Assembly (NCBI GenBank): GCA_015059045.1
Contig: SVBD01000004.1
Coordinates: forward strand, 22,773-86,772
Reading direction: 5' to 3'
DNA from: Erysipelotrichaceae bacterium
GTDB taxonomy: Bacteria; Bacillota_I; Bacilli_A; RFN20; CAG-449
Length of the DNA stretch: 64,000 bases
The notes below the pieces were generated by a model. That model was not told the DNA's origin. It saw nothing but the letters and a program-made list of their open reading frames with translations, and did not search any database. This document shows, piece after piece, positions 49,721 to 58,230 of this stretch (its first letter is position 1; each line of letters starts with the position of its first letter). Both the position numbers and the translations under genes were made by a program.

Positions 49721-52306
49721 TTATTTAATCTCTGTTAAATTAATTTCTTCTGTGTATAAATTATATCTATTTCTTTCTGATAATTCACCTAAAGTAAATA
49801 AAGTGCAATCTCCAACGAAATCAACAGATATTTTTTCAGTTTGATTTCCTTCGCCACTACCACCATTATTAAAAATAATGTAATTAAATTCATTAATATC
49901 TATATCAAAATAGTAAATGTCTTTACCATTTCTTGTACCCGCTTTTACTAATCGTTGTCCTGGCCAACCATTATCACCATAATCTCCATATACATAGCAA
50001 TATACTTCACTCCAACGAACTGCGTTTTCAAAATAAATTCTCTTAATATTTTGAACGTTACTATTTCCGCCAGAGTTTCCAGAATCATTTCCACCATTAT
50101 TTGTCAAAACGTTATCTACCACTCTATTTTTACTTAAAATATAATCACTAAATGAAATATTTCCATCATTTAATGAGAATGAGTGATTTGAATATGTACT
50201 TTTAGCTTTATTATAGAATGAGTTAAATGTAGTATTTTTAACCCAATCGGAATTTCTAATAGCTAATACTGCTTCTATATACTTATCTTTTGAAGGGTTA
50301 TTAGAACTAGACAAAATTGTTTTTGAGAACAATTTATTTCTAATTGTATCACCATTAATATCTTTAGTTGATAATGGGGATTCGTTTTTCATCTTATCAG
50401 TCATTCCCCAGTCTCTTGTAATACCAAAACAGCGATCATTATCAATTGGGATAATTGTTGCCTTTCCATCTGTTCTACGTATATAAATCATATAGTTGTT
50501 ATAGTTATATCTCATGCCATCAGGATTTCCAATGTAATAAGTAATAGCTTCCTTAATTGCAAATTGTTCTAAATCCATTACTTGTTCAATTTGTTCATAA
50601 CTACCACTATTTGTTGTGTTAATTAAATTTTTTAATAATGGACTATCGTATTCGACTGTTGTACAGGTTTTTCTTTCATAAGCAGGAATGTTTTTACCAG
50701 CTTGATCTCCGATTCCAATTCTATTACCTTGAATAGAATCGCTACTCCAGTCAGCACCACTATTAGATCTACCAGAACCAGATCCCCAACCACATTCATA
50801 GTAGTCTCCGTAGTTTTTACCTTCAACTCCATAAGTACCAGCTTTTTCTTCGTCCCAAGTGCCCATGTTTAAATATGTTTTATTTTCATTTTTTAACGAA
50901 CGTTTAATTAAAGATTTACTTGCAGGTTCATATAAAGTACAAAGTCCCATTGAATGTTCTTTGTTATTGTTATCAACTTGAACTATAGAAAAATCTGCCA
51001 AACCAATATGAGATGAAATAATTCCACTTGCTTGATAAAGATATGATGCGTAAATTTCTTTAATATGGCTTTCATCATAATTTTTGTTCCATTTAACATC
51101 AACGCCGGATAATGAGTTCAAAAACTCGCGATCTTCATAAGTTAAGTTACCATATTTAGATACATAACCAGCATCATAAATTGATGTATCGCTAAATGTT
51201 TCATCAAACGCTAATTTGAAGTGGTTTAAATTTAATCCATTATCACCCCAAATAGACTGTCTAGATGTATTACCTTTTTGTCTAATACCAACATTTTCAA
51301 ATTCCCATGTAAATGTCTTATCATAGTTTTTCATTGTAATTACAACTTTATCGCAACGACGATAAGTTTGTACCTTACCACCAGTTTTTTGGTCATCCGA
51401 TAATTTATTAAGTTCTGAGTTACTTACATACGCTTTAATTGAAATTTTATTTCCTAAATTAAATAAATCTTCAAATGTGACATTTTCAATTGCATCAATT
51501 TTTGGAGTATCAAAATTAGGTGCTTCTAATTTAAAAGAATTATCCTCTTCAGGAATAGAACTTGATTCTTCCGAAGAAGTATCGCTAGATTCAAAAATAC
51601 TTGAAATTTCACTTGTTACTATTTCAGTAATAATAGATGAAACAACTTCACTTGTAACTATTTCGCTTGTTTGAATACTTTCAATAATACTAGTTGTAAT
51701 ATTTGAAGTAACTTCTGAGATTACTTCACTAGAGATATTTTCACTAGATAATTCGCTCGAAATAACAGTTGATACTACAGAGGAAATATATTCACTTGAA
51801 ATAATTTCACTTGTTTCAACACTATCAATAATTGATGTTGTAATTTCAGAAGATATTTCTGATATAACTTCGCTAGAGATGTTTTCACTAGTCTCTTCAT
51901 TAGAACTTGATTCGTTTGAAGTTTGGTTACTACTTGTTTGATATCCAGGAATACTCCAAGATGGCTTAGCCGTACTAGTATCTTCGCTTGTTTCTTCGCC
52001 ACTTGAATCTTCTGAAGTTTCTTTACTTGATGTTTCTTCATTCATAGAAGAATTGCTACTAAATTCACTAGATGAAATATCGCTAGAAAAAATAGATGAA
52101 ATCAAAGAAGAAATAGAAGTATTACTTGTTTCTTCACTTGTATTTTCACTTAATATATCTTCTGAAGATTTTTCTTCACTTGTCGTGTTATTTGCTTCTT
52201 CGCTAGTAGTTTCACTTGACGAAGAATTGCTCGGATTAATAATTTGTAAGTATCCACAACTTGTTAATAAGAATGTTAATACTGCTAAACTTAAGAACTT
52301 TTTCAT
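49721..52306 (-). CDS. CotH-family kinase lipoprotein with Ser/Thr/Glu-rich stalk and C-terminal CBM26-like module
   Basis: Lipobox LTSC; GIRQKGNTSR, HFKLAFD, IKEIYAS, GNPDG..NYNNYMIY, IIPIDNDRCFG; C-terminal IYFEN..W..VYCYVY..GWPG..IIFNNG..QT. Confidence 0.85.
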   Translation of the reverse strand: MKKFLSLAVLTFLLTSCGYLQIINPSNSSSSETTSEEANNTTSEEKSSEDILSENTSEETSNTSISSLISSIFSSDISSSEFSSNSSMNEETSSKETSEDSSGEETSEDTSTAKPSWSIPGYQTSSNQTSNESSSNEETSENISSEVISEISSEITTSIIDSVETSEIISSEYISSVVSTVISSELSSENISSEVISEVTSNITTSIIESIQTSEIVTSEVVSSIITEIVTSEISSIFESSDTSSEESSSIPEEDNSFKLEAPNFDTPKIDAIENVTFEDLFNLGNKISIKAYVSNSELNKLSDDQKTGGKVQTYRRCDKVVITMKNYDKTFTWEFENVGIRQKGNTSRQSIWGDNGLNLNHFKLAFDETFSDTSIYDAGYVSKYGNLTYEDREFLNSLSGVDVKWNKNYDESHIKEIYASYLYQASGIISSHIGLADFSIVQVDNNNKEHSMGLCTLYEPASKSLIKRSLKNENKTYLNMGTWDEEKAGTYGVEGKNYGDYYECGWGSGSGRSNSGADWSSDSIQGNRIGIGDQAGKNIPAYERKTCTTVEYDSPLLKNLINTTNSGSYEQIEQVMDLEQFAIKEAITYYIGNPDGMRYNYNNYMIYIRRTDGKATIIPIDNDRCFGITRDWGMTDKMKNESPLSTKDINGDTIRNKLFSKTILSSSNNPSKDKYIEAVLAIRNSDWVKNTTFNSFYNKAKSTYSNHSFSLNDGNISFSDYILSKNRVVDNVLTNNGGNDSGNSGGNSNVQNIKRIYFENAVRWSEVYCYVYGDYGDNGWPGQRLVKAGTRNGKDIYYFDIDINEFNYIIFNNGGSGEGNQTEKISVDFVGDCTLFTLGELSERNRYNLYTEEINLTEIK
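51600..51900 (-). repeat. Intragenic tandem duplication, 144-nt (48-aa) period
   Basis: SENISSEVISEISSEITTSIIDSVETSEI vs SENISSEVISEVTSNITTSIIESIQTSEI; DNA anchors at 51725 and 51869. Confidence 0.8.
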
Positions 52307-52328
52307 ATTTATCACCATTTTATATCAT

Positions 52329-52377
52329 AAAATATTTTAAGAAATAAAAAAAGTATTTATGTAAAACATAAACACTT
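52329..52377 (-). terminator. Terminator upstream of the cotH operon, followed by a probable extended -10 promoter
   Basis: Minus strand AAGTGTTTATGT-TTT-ACATAAATACTT+T5, then TG-A-TATAAA upstream of the GGTGA RBS. Confidence 0.55.
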
Positions 52378-52384
52378 ATTTTAA

Positions 52385-53449
52385 TTATTTTAAGCAATTT
52401 ATTAAGAATTGTTCAATTCTTTCCATTACAGCTTCATCCATTTGAACTAGTAAATCATAATCTAAACCTCTATAGAAATCCATTTTAAGATCTTCAGGGG
52501 TTTTTCCTTTATATTCAGCATTCATCTTTTGAAGCTCTTCGTTAGTTTCTTGATCATACGCCGCCGCTTCTAAAGAGAGATTAGGACGATGATATCTATC
52601 TTTAACTTCTAAGAATTCAAAATTTTCTTTATTTTCAAATCTTTCCTTAAATACGTTAAAGTTAGTGAAGCAATCAACAATATTGTCTTTATCTCCTGCA
52701 ATAACTAAATGAGGGACGTTTGTCTTTTCGTATGAATCTAAAGTATTGATATCTGCGATTTCATTAAATCTTTTGTGGTAGTTTTTAATTAATAATTTTT
52801 CAACCCTATTATATTTTAAACTAGTCATACTAGAGAATTGTTCATAAAGCATGCTTGACTCATTTTTAAAAGGGGCAAGAGCAACAATACCTTTAATTTC
52901 TTTATTGTATAAAGAAGTAATATTACTAACCGCATATGCACCCATTGAGTGGCCGAATAATACTTTTGGCATTTTTGATAATTCTGGATCATTATCAATA
53001 TATTCTAAAGCTGTTTTTAAATCAATTAGAGCTTGAGTTAATCCTCCAATTTTTTCTCCTTCAGAAAGATTGCAACCTGTGACATCATATGCGAAAACTA
53101 AATATCCTTTTTGAGCAAAATAATTAATTTCAGTGGTATATTGTAAATGTCCAGCACCTAAGCCATGCGCAACAATCATTAAAGCGTTATAATTCTTAAC
53201 ATTAGTAGATGAATAGATATATCCTCTTAACTTATCACCTTTATTATTGTCAAACTCTAATGGTTCTGCTTTTAAATTTTCAAAATCATCGACTGTAAAA
53301 TATTTTAAAGTATGGTTATCATTGTATCTAACATCAAAGTTAGAACCAATAATAATGTTTGTTATTTTGCGCATCATAACTTCTTTTGTTAAGAAAAATA
53401 CAATAGCAATAATTGCAGCAATTCCTATAAAGATAAAAAATTCTTTCAT
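52385..53449 (-). CDS. Alpha/beta hydrolase with N-terminal membrane anchor
   Basis: VAHGLGAGH, FGHSMGA, AGDKD, RYHRP. Confidence 0.88.
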   Translation of the reverse strand: MKEFFIFIGIAAIIAIVFFLTKEVMMRKITNIIIGSNFDVRYNDNHTLKYFTVDDFENLKAEPLEFDNNKGDKLRGYIYSSTNVKNYNALMIVAHGLGAGHLQYTTEINYFAQKGYLVFAYDVTGCNLSEGEKIGGLTQALIDLKTALEYIDNDPELSKMPKVLFGHSMGAYAVSNITSLYNKEIKGIVALAPFKNESSMLYEQFSSMTSLKYNRVEKLLIKNYHKRFNEIADINTLDSYEKTNVPHLVIAGDKDNIVDCFTNFNVFKERFENKENFEFLEVKDRYHRPNLSLEAAAYDQETNEELQKMNAEYKGKTPEDLKMDFYRGLDYDLLVQMDEAVMERIEQFLINCLK

Positions 53450-53538
53450 AATAAATCCTCCATCAAAAAGAAATTATATCAAAATATAAAATTTTTTTCC
53501 ATAAAATATAATTTTCGTAAAATTAAATAAAAATATAT

Positions 53539-53566
53539 AAAAATGCCCAAAATTTGGGCATATTTT
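53539..53566 (-). terminator. ppa terminator
   Basis: TGCCCAAA / TTTGGGCA stem. Confidence 0.7.
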
Positions 53567-53581
53567 AACTTTTTTTAAAAA

Positions 53582-54112
53582 TTATTTACCAAAATGTTTT
53601 TCAAAATTTTCAATAGCCTTTTGAATAACTTTATTTGCTTCGCTTCTTCCTAAAATTTTAGTAATTGCGGTTTTCTTACCCTCTAATTGCTTATAAACTT
53701 TGAAGAAGTGACAAATTTCATCTAATAAATGTTGTGGTAAATCAGTGATATCTTGATAAACGCTTAATGAAGGATCATCCGCACAAATTGAAATAATTTT
53801 TTCATCTGATTGATGTGAGTCAATCATTTTAATTACTCCAATTGGATAACATCTAACTAAGCAAAGTGGTGTAATTGGTTCTTGACACATTACTAATACA
53901 TCAAGAGGATCGTTATCACCTGCATAAGTATGAGGAATAAACCCATAGTTTTCTGGATAGTGAGTAGAAGTATATAAAACTCTATCTAGAATCAATCTTC
54001 CTGTTTCTTTATCTAATTCATACTTCATCTTACTTCCTTTTGAAATTTCAATTGAAACCACAAAACTATCAGGAGTTACCCTATCTTTATTAATATCTTT
54101 CCAAATATTCAT
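53582..54112 (-). CDS. ppa: Family I inorganic pyrophosphatase
   Basis: IEISKGS..KYE, LDRVL, YPENYGFIP, DNDPLDVLV, DEKII, FFKVYK.LE. Confidence 0.96.
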   Translation of the reverse strand: MNIWKDINKDRVTPDSFVVSIEISKGSKMKYELDKETGRLILDRVLYTSTHYPENYGFIPHTYAGDNDPLDVLVMCQEPITPLCLVRCYPIGVIKMIDSHQSDEKIISICADDPSLSVYQDITDLPQHLLDEICHFFKVYKQLEGKKTAITKILGRSEANKVIQKAIENFEKHFGK

Positions 54113-54169
54113 AAAATCACCTCATTTTGTTGAATATATAATACCACGAGTTTTCAAATGTGTAAATTA

Positions 54170-55381
54170 CTAAATTTTCTTAATTCTTTTGGTATATGTT
54201 TTAGCAAGACCCCCTCTAGCGGTCTCACGATAACTCTTATTTAAATCTTTACCAGTAAAATACATAGTTCTAATAACATTATCTAAAGATATCTTTGAAT
54301 CTTTTTTACCCATGAATCTACTTAAAGCATAAGCCATCATACTTCTATTTGCCCCAATAGCGTTTCTTTCAATACATGGAATTTGAACATACCCTTCAAT
54401 TGGGTCGCAAGTTAATCCAAGAGAATGTTCTAAAGCAATTTCACTTGCTCTTTCAATATCAAAAATATCTCCCCCATTAATACTTGCTAAGAAACCAGCA
54501 CCCATTGAAGAAGCTGTACCAATTTCAGCCTGACAACCACATTCTGCACCTGAAATAGAAGCATTATGTTTTACAATAACTCCAATTAAGCCTGCAATTA
54601 ATAAACCTTCTTTAATCTTTTCTCTTGTTACCCCTTTATCCATGTTATATCTAACAAGACTAGGAACAATACCACAAGCCCCACATGTTGGAGAAGTAAC
54701 AATTAATTTACCTGAGGCATTTTCTTCACTAACAGCAAAAGCATAAGCGCTAATTAGTCTTTTTTCTCTCATATCTAAGGTTTCATCAACTAATTCATTG
54801 CTATATAATTCTTTTGCTTTTCTTGCAACTTTTAATTTTCCAGGTAGTAAACCATCTCTTTTTAACCCATTTTCAATAGATTTTAGCATTGTATCTAAAA
54901 TTTTATCCATATATTTATCAATATCTTGATCTTCGAATTTATAAATATAATCAATTAATTTTAAATTATTTTCTAAGCAATATGCTTTTATTTCATCATA
55001 AGTTGAATGAGGATAAACACAAACTTCTTTTTCTAACTTTTGTCCCTTAACTTTGATTAAACCGCCACCGACAGATTCAATTACTACTTCTTTAATTACT
55101 TCACCTTCTTTAAACAATCTAAATAGCATTGTATTTGGGTGTCTTGTTCTAGTTTCATAGTCAAATTTAATTTCATGAGGAACATCTTTAAATGTCTTAT
55201 CCGCGATGTAATCGGATAAGTGTCCTTTACCAGTTTCGGCAAGAGAGCCAAAAAAAGTCATTTCTACAAAATCAAAGTTAGTATATTTATTTAAAATATA
55301 CTCAACCGCATTTTTAGGTCCAATTGTATGAGACGAAGAAGGTCCTGGACCAATTTTATATAATTGTTTAATCGATATCAT
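54170..55381 (-). CDS. sdaA: L-serine ammonia-lyase, Fe-S dependent, single chain
   Basis: GPGPSSSHT, GSLAETGKGH, VTSPTCGACG, SISGAECGCQAEIG, GLTCDP, QIPCIERN, GGLA. Confidence 0.95.
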   Translation of the reverse strand: MISIKQLYKIGPGPSSSHTIGPKNAVEYILNKYTNFDFVEMTFFGSLAETGKGHLSDYIADKTFKDVPHEIKFDYETRTRHPNTMLFRLFKEGEVIKEVVIESVGGGLIKVKGQKLEKEVCVYPHSTYDEIKAYCLENNLKLIDYIYKFEDQDIDKYMDKILDTMLKSIENGLKRDGLLPGKLKVARKAKELYSNELVDETLDMREKRLISAYAFAVSEENASGKLIVTSPTCGACGIVPSLVRYNMDKGVTREKIKEGLLIAGLIGVIVKHNASISGAECGCQAEIGTASSMGAGFLASINGGDIFDIERASEIALEHSLGLTCDPIEGYVQIPCIERNAIGANRSMMAYALSRFMGKKDSKISLDNVIRTMYFTGKDLNKSYRETARGGLAKTYTKRIKKI

Positions 55382-55398
55382 AATTTTACCTCGAAAGA

Positions 55399-56331
55399 TT
55401 AAAAGTTAATCTTTTCCAAAAACGATTTTACCTTTTTATCATACTCATCGGTTGCTAAAACATAACTAGCAGCATGAAATGCATCTTTAATTAATAAGCA
55501 TTCTTTAATTTCTGATTTTGACGCTTCGTAACATTTTTTAGAATTATATGAAGGAACAAAATCATCTTTTTCTCCATGAACTAATAATATTGGAATATTA
55601 CTATTTGCCAAAGATTTTTCTGCAGTAACTTTTTTCATGTCATATTTGGCAAAAATTTTACTGCACAAATTAATAGTTGGCATTACCGGGAAATATGGAA
55701 CTTTCTTCAAACAATGACGGATTTCTTCAAAGCAAGAAGAGAAACCACAATCCGCTACAATTCCTTTTACTTGAGGGGTCTTAATTAATTCACTAGCCAT
55801 CATAACTGTTGCTGCGCCCATTGAAGTACCGCTTAATAAAATAGAAGTGTTTTCTCCGCATTTATCTAAAACAAAATCAATCCATTTTAATACATCGTAA
55901 CGTTCTAATATTCCCATTCCAATGTATTTTCCTTCACTAGTGCCATGAGCTCTTTGATCAACAATCAACAAACTATATCCGAGTTGATAATAATCATAAC
56001 TCAAAGCAAAATCCCCAGATGCTTTCGATTTAAATCCATGAAAAATAATAACTACTTTATCTTTAATTTTATTTTCAACAAAATATCCTCTTAAAGTTAA
56101 GTTATCATTACTAGTAACACTAACTTCCTCTTTTTTAAAATCTAAAAACATTTGTTTATATTTTACAATATGATCTTTAAAAGCATAGTAAGGACTCTTT
56201 TCATTAATTACGATTCCTTGTCTTTCTATTTTTGTATTAGTAAATGTCTTTTTATATAGATGAATAGCTATAGCAAAATAAACGCCTACTAATAAAAGGA
56301 TAAAGCCTAAAATGATATATAGCCACCACAT
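55399..56331 (-). CDS. Alpha/beta hydrolase with N-terminal TM
   Basis: IFHG, DQRAHG.SEG, GTSMGA, VADCGF, HGEKDDFVP, AFHA. Confidence 0.9.
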   Translation of the reverse strand: MWWLYIILGFILLLVGVYFAIAIHLYKKTFTNTKIERQGIVINEKSPYYAFKDHIVKYKQMFLDFKKEEVSVTSNDNLTLRGYFVENKIKDKVVIIFHGFKSKASGDFALSYDYYQLGYSLLIVDQRAHGTSEGKYIGMGILERYDVLKWIDFVLDKCGENTSILLSGTSMGAATVMMASELIKTPQVKGIVADCGFSSCFEEIRHCLKKVPYFPVMPTINLCSKIFAKYDMKKVTAEKSLANSNIPILLVHGEKDDFVPSYNSKKCYEASKSEIKECLLIKDAFHAASYVLATDEYDKKVKSFLEKINF

Positions 56332-56334
56332 AAG

Positions 56335-57606
56335 TTACCTCCAATCAAACGGAGTATCTCGATTAGCTTTAAACCAGTCGGTATCCTTTAAAATCGTTTG
56401 ATTATTCGAACATGCGATAGAGAACGTCTCTTGGTTACACGAATAAATAATATTACCATTCATTGAAGCAAATTCTTTAGTTTCGTTATTTAATGAAATT
56501 GATGTAACATAAACATTTGCTGTATATGGCGCAATATTATTAATAAATTGTTGAGTTGGGAATTGATTATCCTTATTGCTTGTATATTCATCAGAACCAC
56601 AACAACAGCAAACAGTAATTACTTTTGGTTTTATTAAATATAGTAAGTCTTGTGTTGAAGAAGTTTTTGACCCATGGTGTCCTGCTTTAAACAAATCAAC
56701 TTCTGGTAAAGTAGTTTCTTTTGTTTTACCATCATAATAATCAACAAGAGCTTCTTCTCCTTCTTTTTCAAGGTCACCGGTCAATAATGCGTGATGATCA
56801 TAATAATTAAACATTACGCATACTGAGTAATCATTTTCATCGGCTGTTTCTTCAAAATAGAATTTATTATAAACGATATCCATTGATACATTTTCGCCTA
56901 AAACAAAGCTTCTTGAAGCACCATTTTTATTATTCCAACAATCAGCTGCGGAATAGTGAGTTGCCCCATTACTAATTGCATAATTTCTTGCGGTTCTATA
57001 ATCTTGATAAATTTGAGAATCAGAATTTGAATAGACAAAATCAATTATTGTTCCAATTTCATATTGATATAAAATACCAGAATAATTAGAGCCAGATTTG
57101 TTGCCGATAAATCCTGCAATATGATCTTGATGAGCGTGAGTAGCGATTACATATTCTAATTTGCCATCTGTACAAAATTGATCCACATATTCTTTAATTG
57201 TAGACGCACTTGATTTTCTACTACCAGCATCAATTAAAATATCAATATCACCATATTTTACATAAGTAGAATCACCCGTATACCAGTTGCCAAGTTCTAA
57301 GAAATGTATTTGGAAATCTTCATAAATAACTCCTTCAAATTCAATAGCCCCACCACTAGAAACTTCACTAGAAGGTGTATCACTACTTGGATCGTGTTCA
57401 TGATCGTTATTTAATAAACCATCTAATTTACCTGTTGCATATAAAACAGCAACAACAGCGATTGCAATAATTAAAAGAATAATCAAGAATACTCTTAATC
57501 CTTTGTTTTTCTTTATCGCTTTTTTAACTGTTTTATTTATTTTTTTCTTTGTTGATTTAGAAACTGTTGGTTTCTTCTTGTTTGAACTATTTTTACTTGA
57601 AGCCAT
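56335..57606 (-). CDS. Membrane-anchored ComEC/Rec2-like metallo-beta-lactamase fold hydrolase
   Basis: Lys-rich tail plus TM; LIDAG, THAHQDHIAG (HxHxDH), NDYS, LLTGD, KAGHHGS. Confidence 0.88.
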   Translation of the reverse strand: MASSKNSSNKKKPTVSKSTKKKINKTVKKAIKKNKGLRVFLIILLIIAIAVVAVLYATGKLDGLLNNDHEHDPSSDTPSSEVSSGGAIEFEGVIYEDFQIHFLELGNWYTGDSTYVKYGDIDILIDAGSRKSSASTIKEYVDQFCTDGKLEYVIATHAHQDHIAGFIGNKSGSNYSGILYQYEIGTIIDFVYSNSDSQIYQDYRTARNYAISNGATHYSAADCWNNKNGASRSFVLGENVSMDIVYNKFYFEETADENDYSVCVMFNYYDHHALLTGDLEKEGEEALVDYYDGKTKETTLPEVDLFKAGHHGSKTSSTQDLLYLIKPKVITVCCCCGSDEYTSNKDNQFPTQQFINNIAPYTANVYVTSISLNNETKEFASMNGNIIYSCNQETFSIACSNNQTILKDTDWFKANRDTPFDWR

Positions 57607-57615
57607 ATAATCCTC

Positions 57616-58074
57616 CTAGAATAAATCTTTAATAATATTTGCTACTTCTTCCAATTCGTTTTTGTCTCTTATTGTAAAGTTGTTATATAAATTGCTATCT
57701 AAATCGATTACACCTACACATATATCGTTTTTAATAATAGGTACAACAACTTCAGAACGAGATAAAGAAGAACAAGCAATATGACCTTTAAACTTGTTAA
57801 CATCTTCAACTAAAATACTTTCTTTTCTAAAAGCTGATGTTCCACATACCCCCTTATTAAAAGGAATAAGTGTACAAGCAACAGGTCCTTGGAATGGTCC
57901 TAAATATAAAGTGTCCTCATTTTCTTTTTTTAAGTAAAAACCAGCCCATGAGGTATTTTTAAAATACTCAAAAAATAATCTTGAAAGATTAGCAAGATTA
58001 CTTACTAATGGCAATTCTTTATCAATTAAAGATTTAACACTTTGGATTAAAGTTAAACTTTTATCTATTTCCAT
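57616..58074 (-). CDS. msrC: GAF-domain free methionine-(R)-sulfoxide reductase
   Basis: NLANLS, WAGFY, LGPFQGPVAC, GVCG, HIACS..SRSEVVVP, IDLDS. Confidence 0.92.
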   Translation of the reverse strand: MEIDKSLTLIQSVKSLIDKELPLVSNLANLSRLFFEYFKNTSWAGFYLKKENEDTLYLGPFQGPVACTLIPFNKGVCGTSAFRKESILVEDVNKFKGHIACSSLSRSEVVVPIIKNDICVGVIDLDSNLYNNFTIRDKNELEEVANIIKDLF

Positions 58075-58230
58075 TTCCTTTTCCTCTCGCTTTCATTTTA
58101 ATAATTTATATTAACAAATTCAATTCTAATTAAAAATTTAATTAGAGAAGGATTTATAATTACTATTAGATATTGCTCACTTTAAATAAATATGATAGAT
58201 TTTTCTTATAAGAAGATATAGGTGATACAT

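Noticed and set aside
51542-52234. Repeats as a CRISPR array
   Set aside because: Degenerate, in-frame coding repeats without constant repeat/unique spacer structure; no cas genes.
49721-52306. Spore-coat CotH orthologue
   Set aside because: It has a lipoprotein signal, stalk and CBM and sits with VTC/DUF4956, unlike the cotB-cotH-cotG context.
56335-57606. comEC competence channel
   Set aside because: Only the MBL domain with one TM; the multi-TM Competence domain is absent.
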